A DNA stretch of 64,000 nucleotides. Source: Podarcis tiliguerta (Eukaryota). The stretch's first letter is position 1. Each line of letters opens with the position of its first letter. Both the position numbers and the translations under genes were made by a program. The notes beneath the pieces are model-generated. The model had not been told where the DNA came from. It worked only from the letters and a program-made list of their open reading frames with translations, and did no database searches. Shown here piece by piece: positions 63,581 to 64,000 of this stretch. The stretch is from the NCBI GenBank assembly GCA_965153285.1, contig OZ229112.1; one strand, given 5' to 3'.

Positions 63581-64000
63581 AATGCCACCACAGAAGATGC
63601 CTGGGACACAAAATCTTCAACAGTGGCTTGGTGTTAGCATGGGCATATGTTGCGGGGGGGGGGGGGGGAAGAGGTTGAGAAAAGGGGCAAAGTTGTTGCC
63701 CCAGATGAACCCCCAGATTCCCAGAGAGAGATAGCATTTGTAGAACCTGATATATGAGGCAAAACGCATAGGTACTATTCTAATAAAAAAAATGTGAGAA
63801 ACTAGCCTTCCCACCCTTACAGTGTTTTAACTCACCCAGGAGGGGGGATATTGTGAAGGGGAGGCAAATGTCGGCCCCGTCATGGGACCCTTGGGGCAAG
63901 GAAGTTACCTGCAGAGGATGGCATTTGCTCCCCGGCATCCAATTTCCTAGGTGTCATCCTTGAAGGCAGCCCCCATGTAAACCATTTGAGACAATTGCCC

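Noticed and set aside
1-64000. Short ORFs in the six-frame track as host genes
   Set aside because: No recognisable host protein family. Recurrent peptides (e.g. MTKPLL...CFRTARLAGAGTEQ) are antisense readings of Sauria SINEs, and others span microsatellites or the N gap.
1-64000. CRISPR array or other prokaryotic or viral system
   Set aside because: No regularly spaced repeat-spacer array, operon-like gene density or viral ORF is visible. The repeats are dispersed vertebrate TEs and microsatellites.

Overview
This is vertebrate non-coding DNA, almost certainly from a squamate and probably a lacertid lizard (inferred from the repeat complement, not from a gene). I recognise no host protein-coding exon, rRNA or true tRNA gene, CRISPR array or prokaryotic system. 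The only recognisable protein similarities in the ORF track are retroelement remnants (Bov-B/RTE, L2, L1). The window looks like a large intron or intergenic stretch. It is dense in Sauria SINEs (10 copies), Squam3-like and tRNA-Ala-derived SINEs, 3' fragments of CR1/L2/L1/Bov-B LINEs, hAT and Tc1/mariner/pogo MITEs, and LTR-like elements. Many have readable TSDs and several sit in multi-layer nests. There is one 208-nt N gap. Leads worth checking: (1) a candidate 5-nt microexon behind a ~160-nt AG-free pyrimidine tract at 11.7 kb; (2) an HDV-like ribozyme fold at the 5' end of an RTE-like non-autonomous element at 17.7 kb; (3) a solo LTR family carrying an acidic/basic small ORF (21.7 and 52 kb); (4) an old, gap-free 120-bp duplication (51.0/53.1 kb); (5) an unidentified decayed ~200-codon ORF inside a TE nest at 30.3-30.9 kb. 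None is established as a new biological system from sequence alone. Family names come from recalled consensus features, not a database search.
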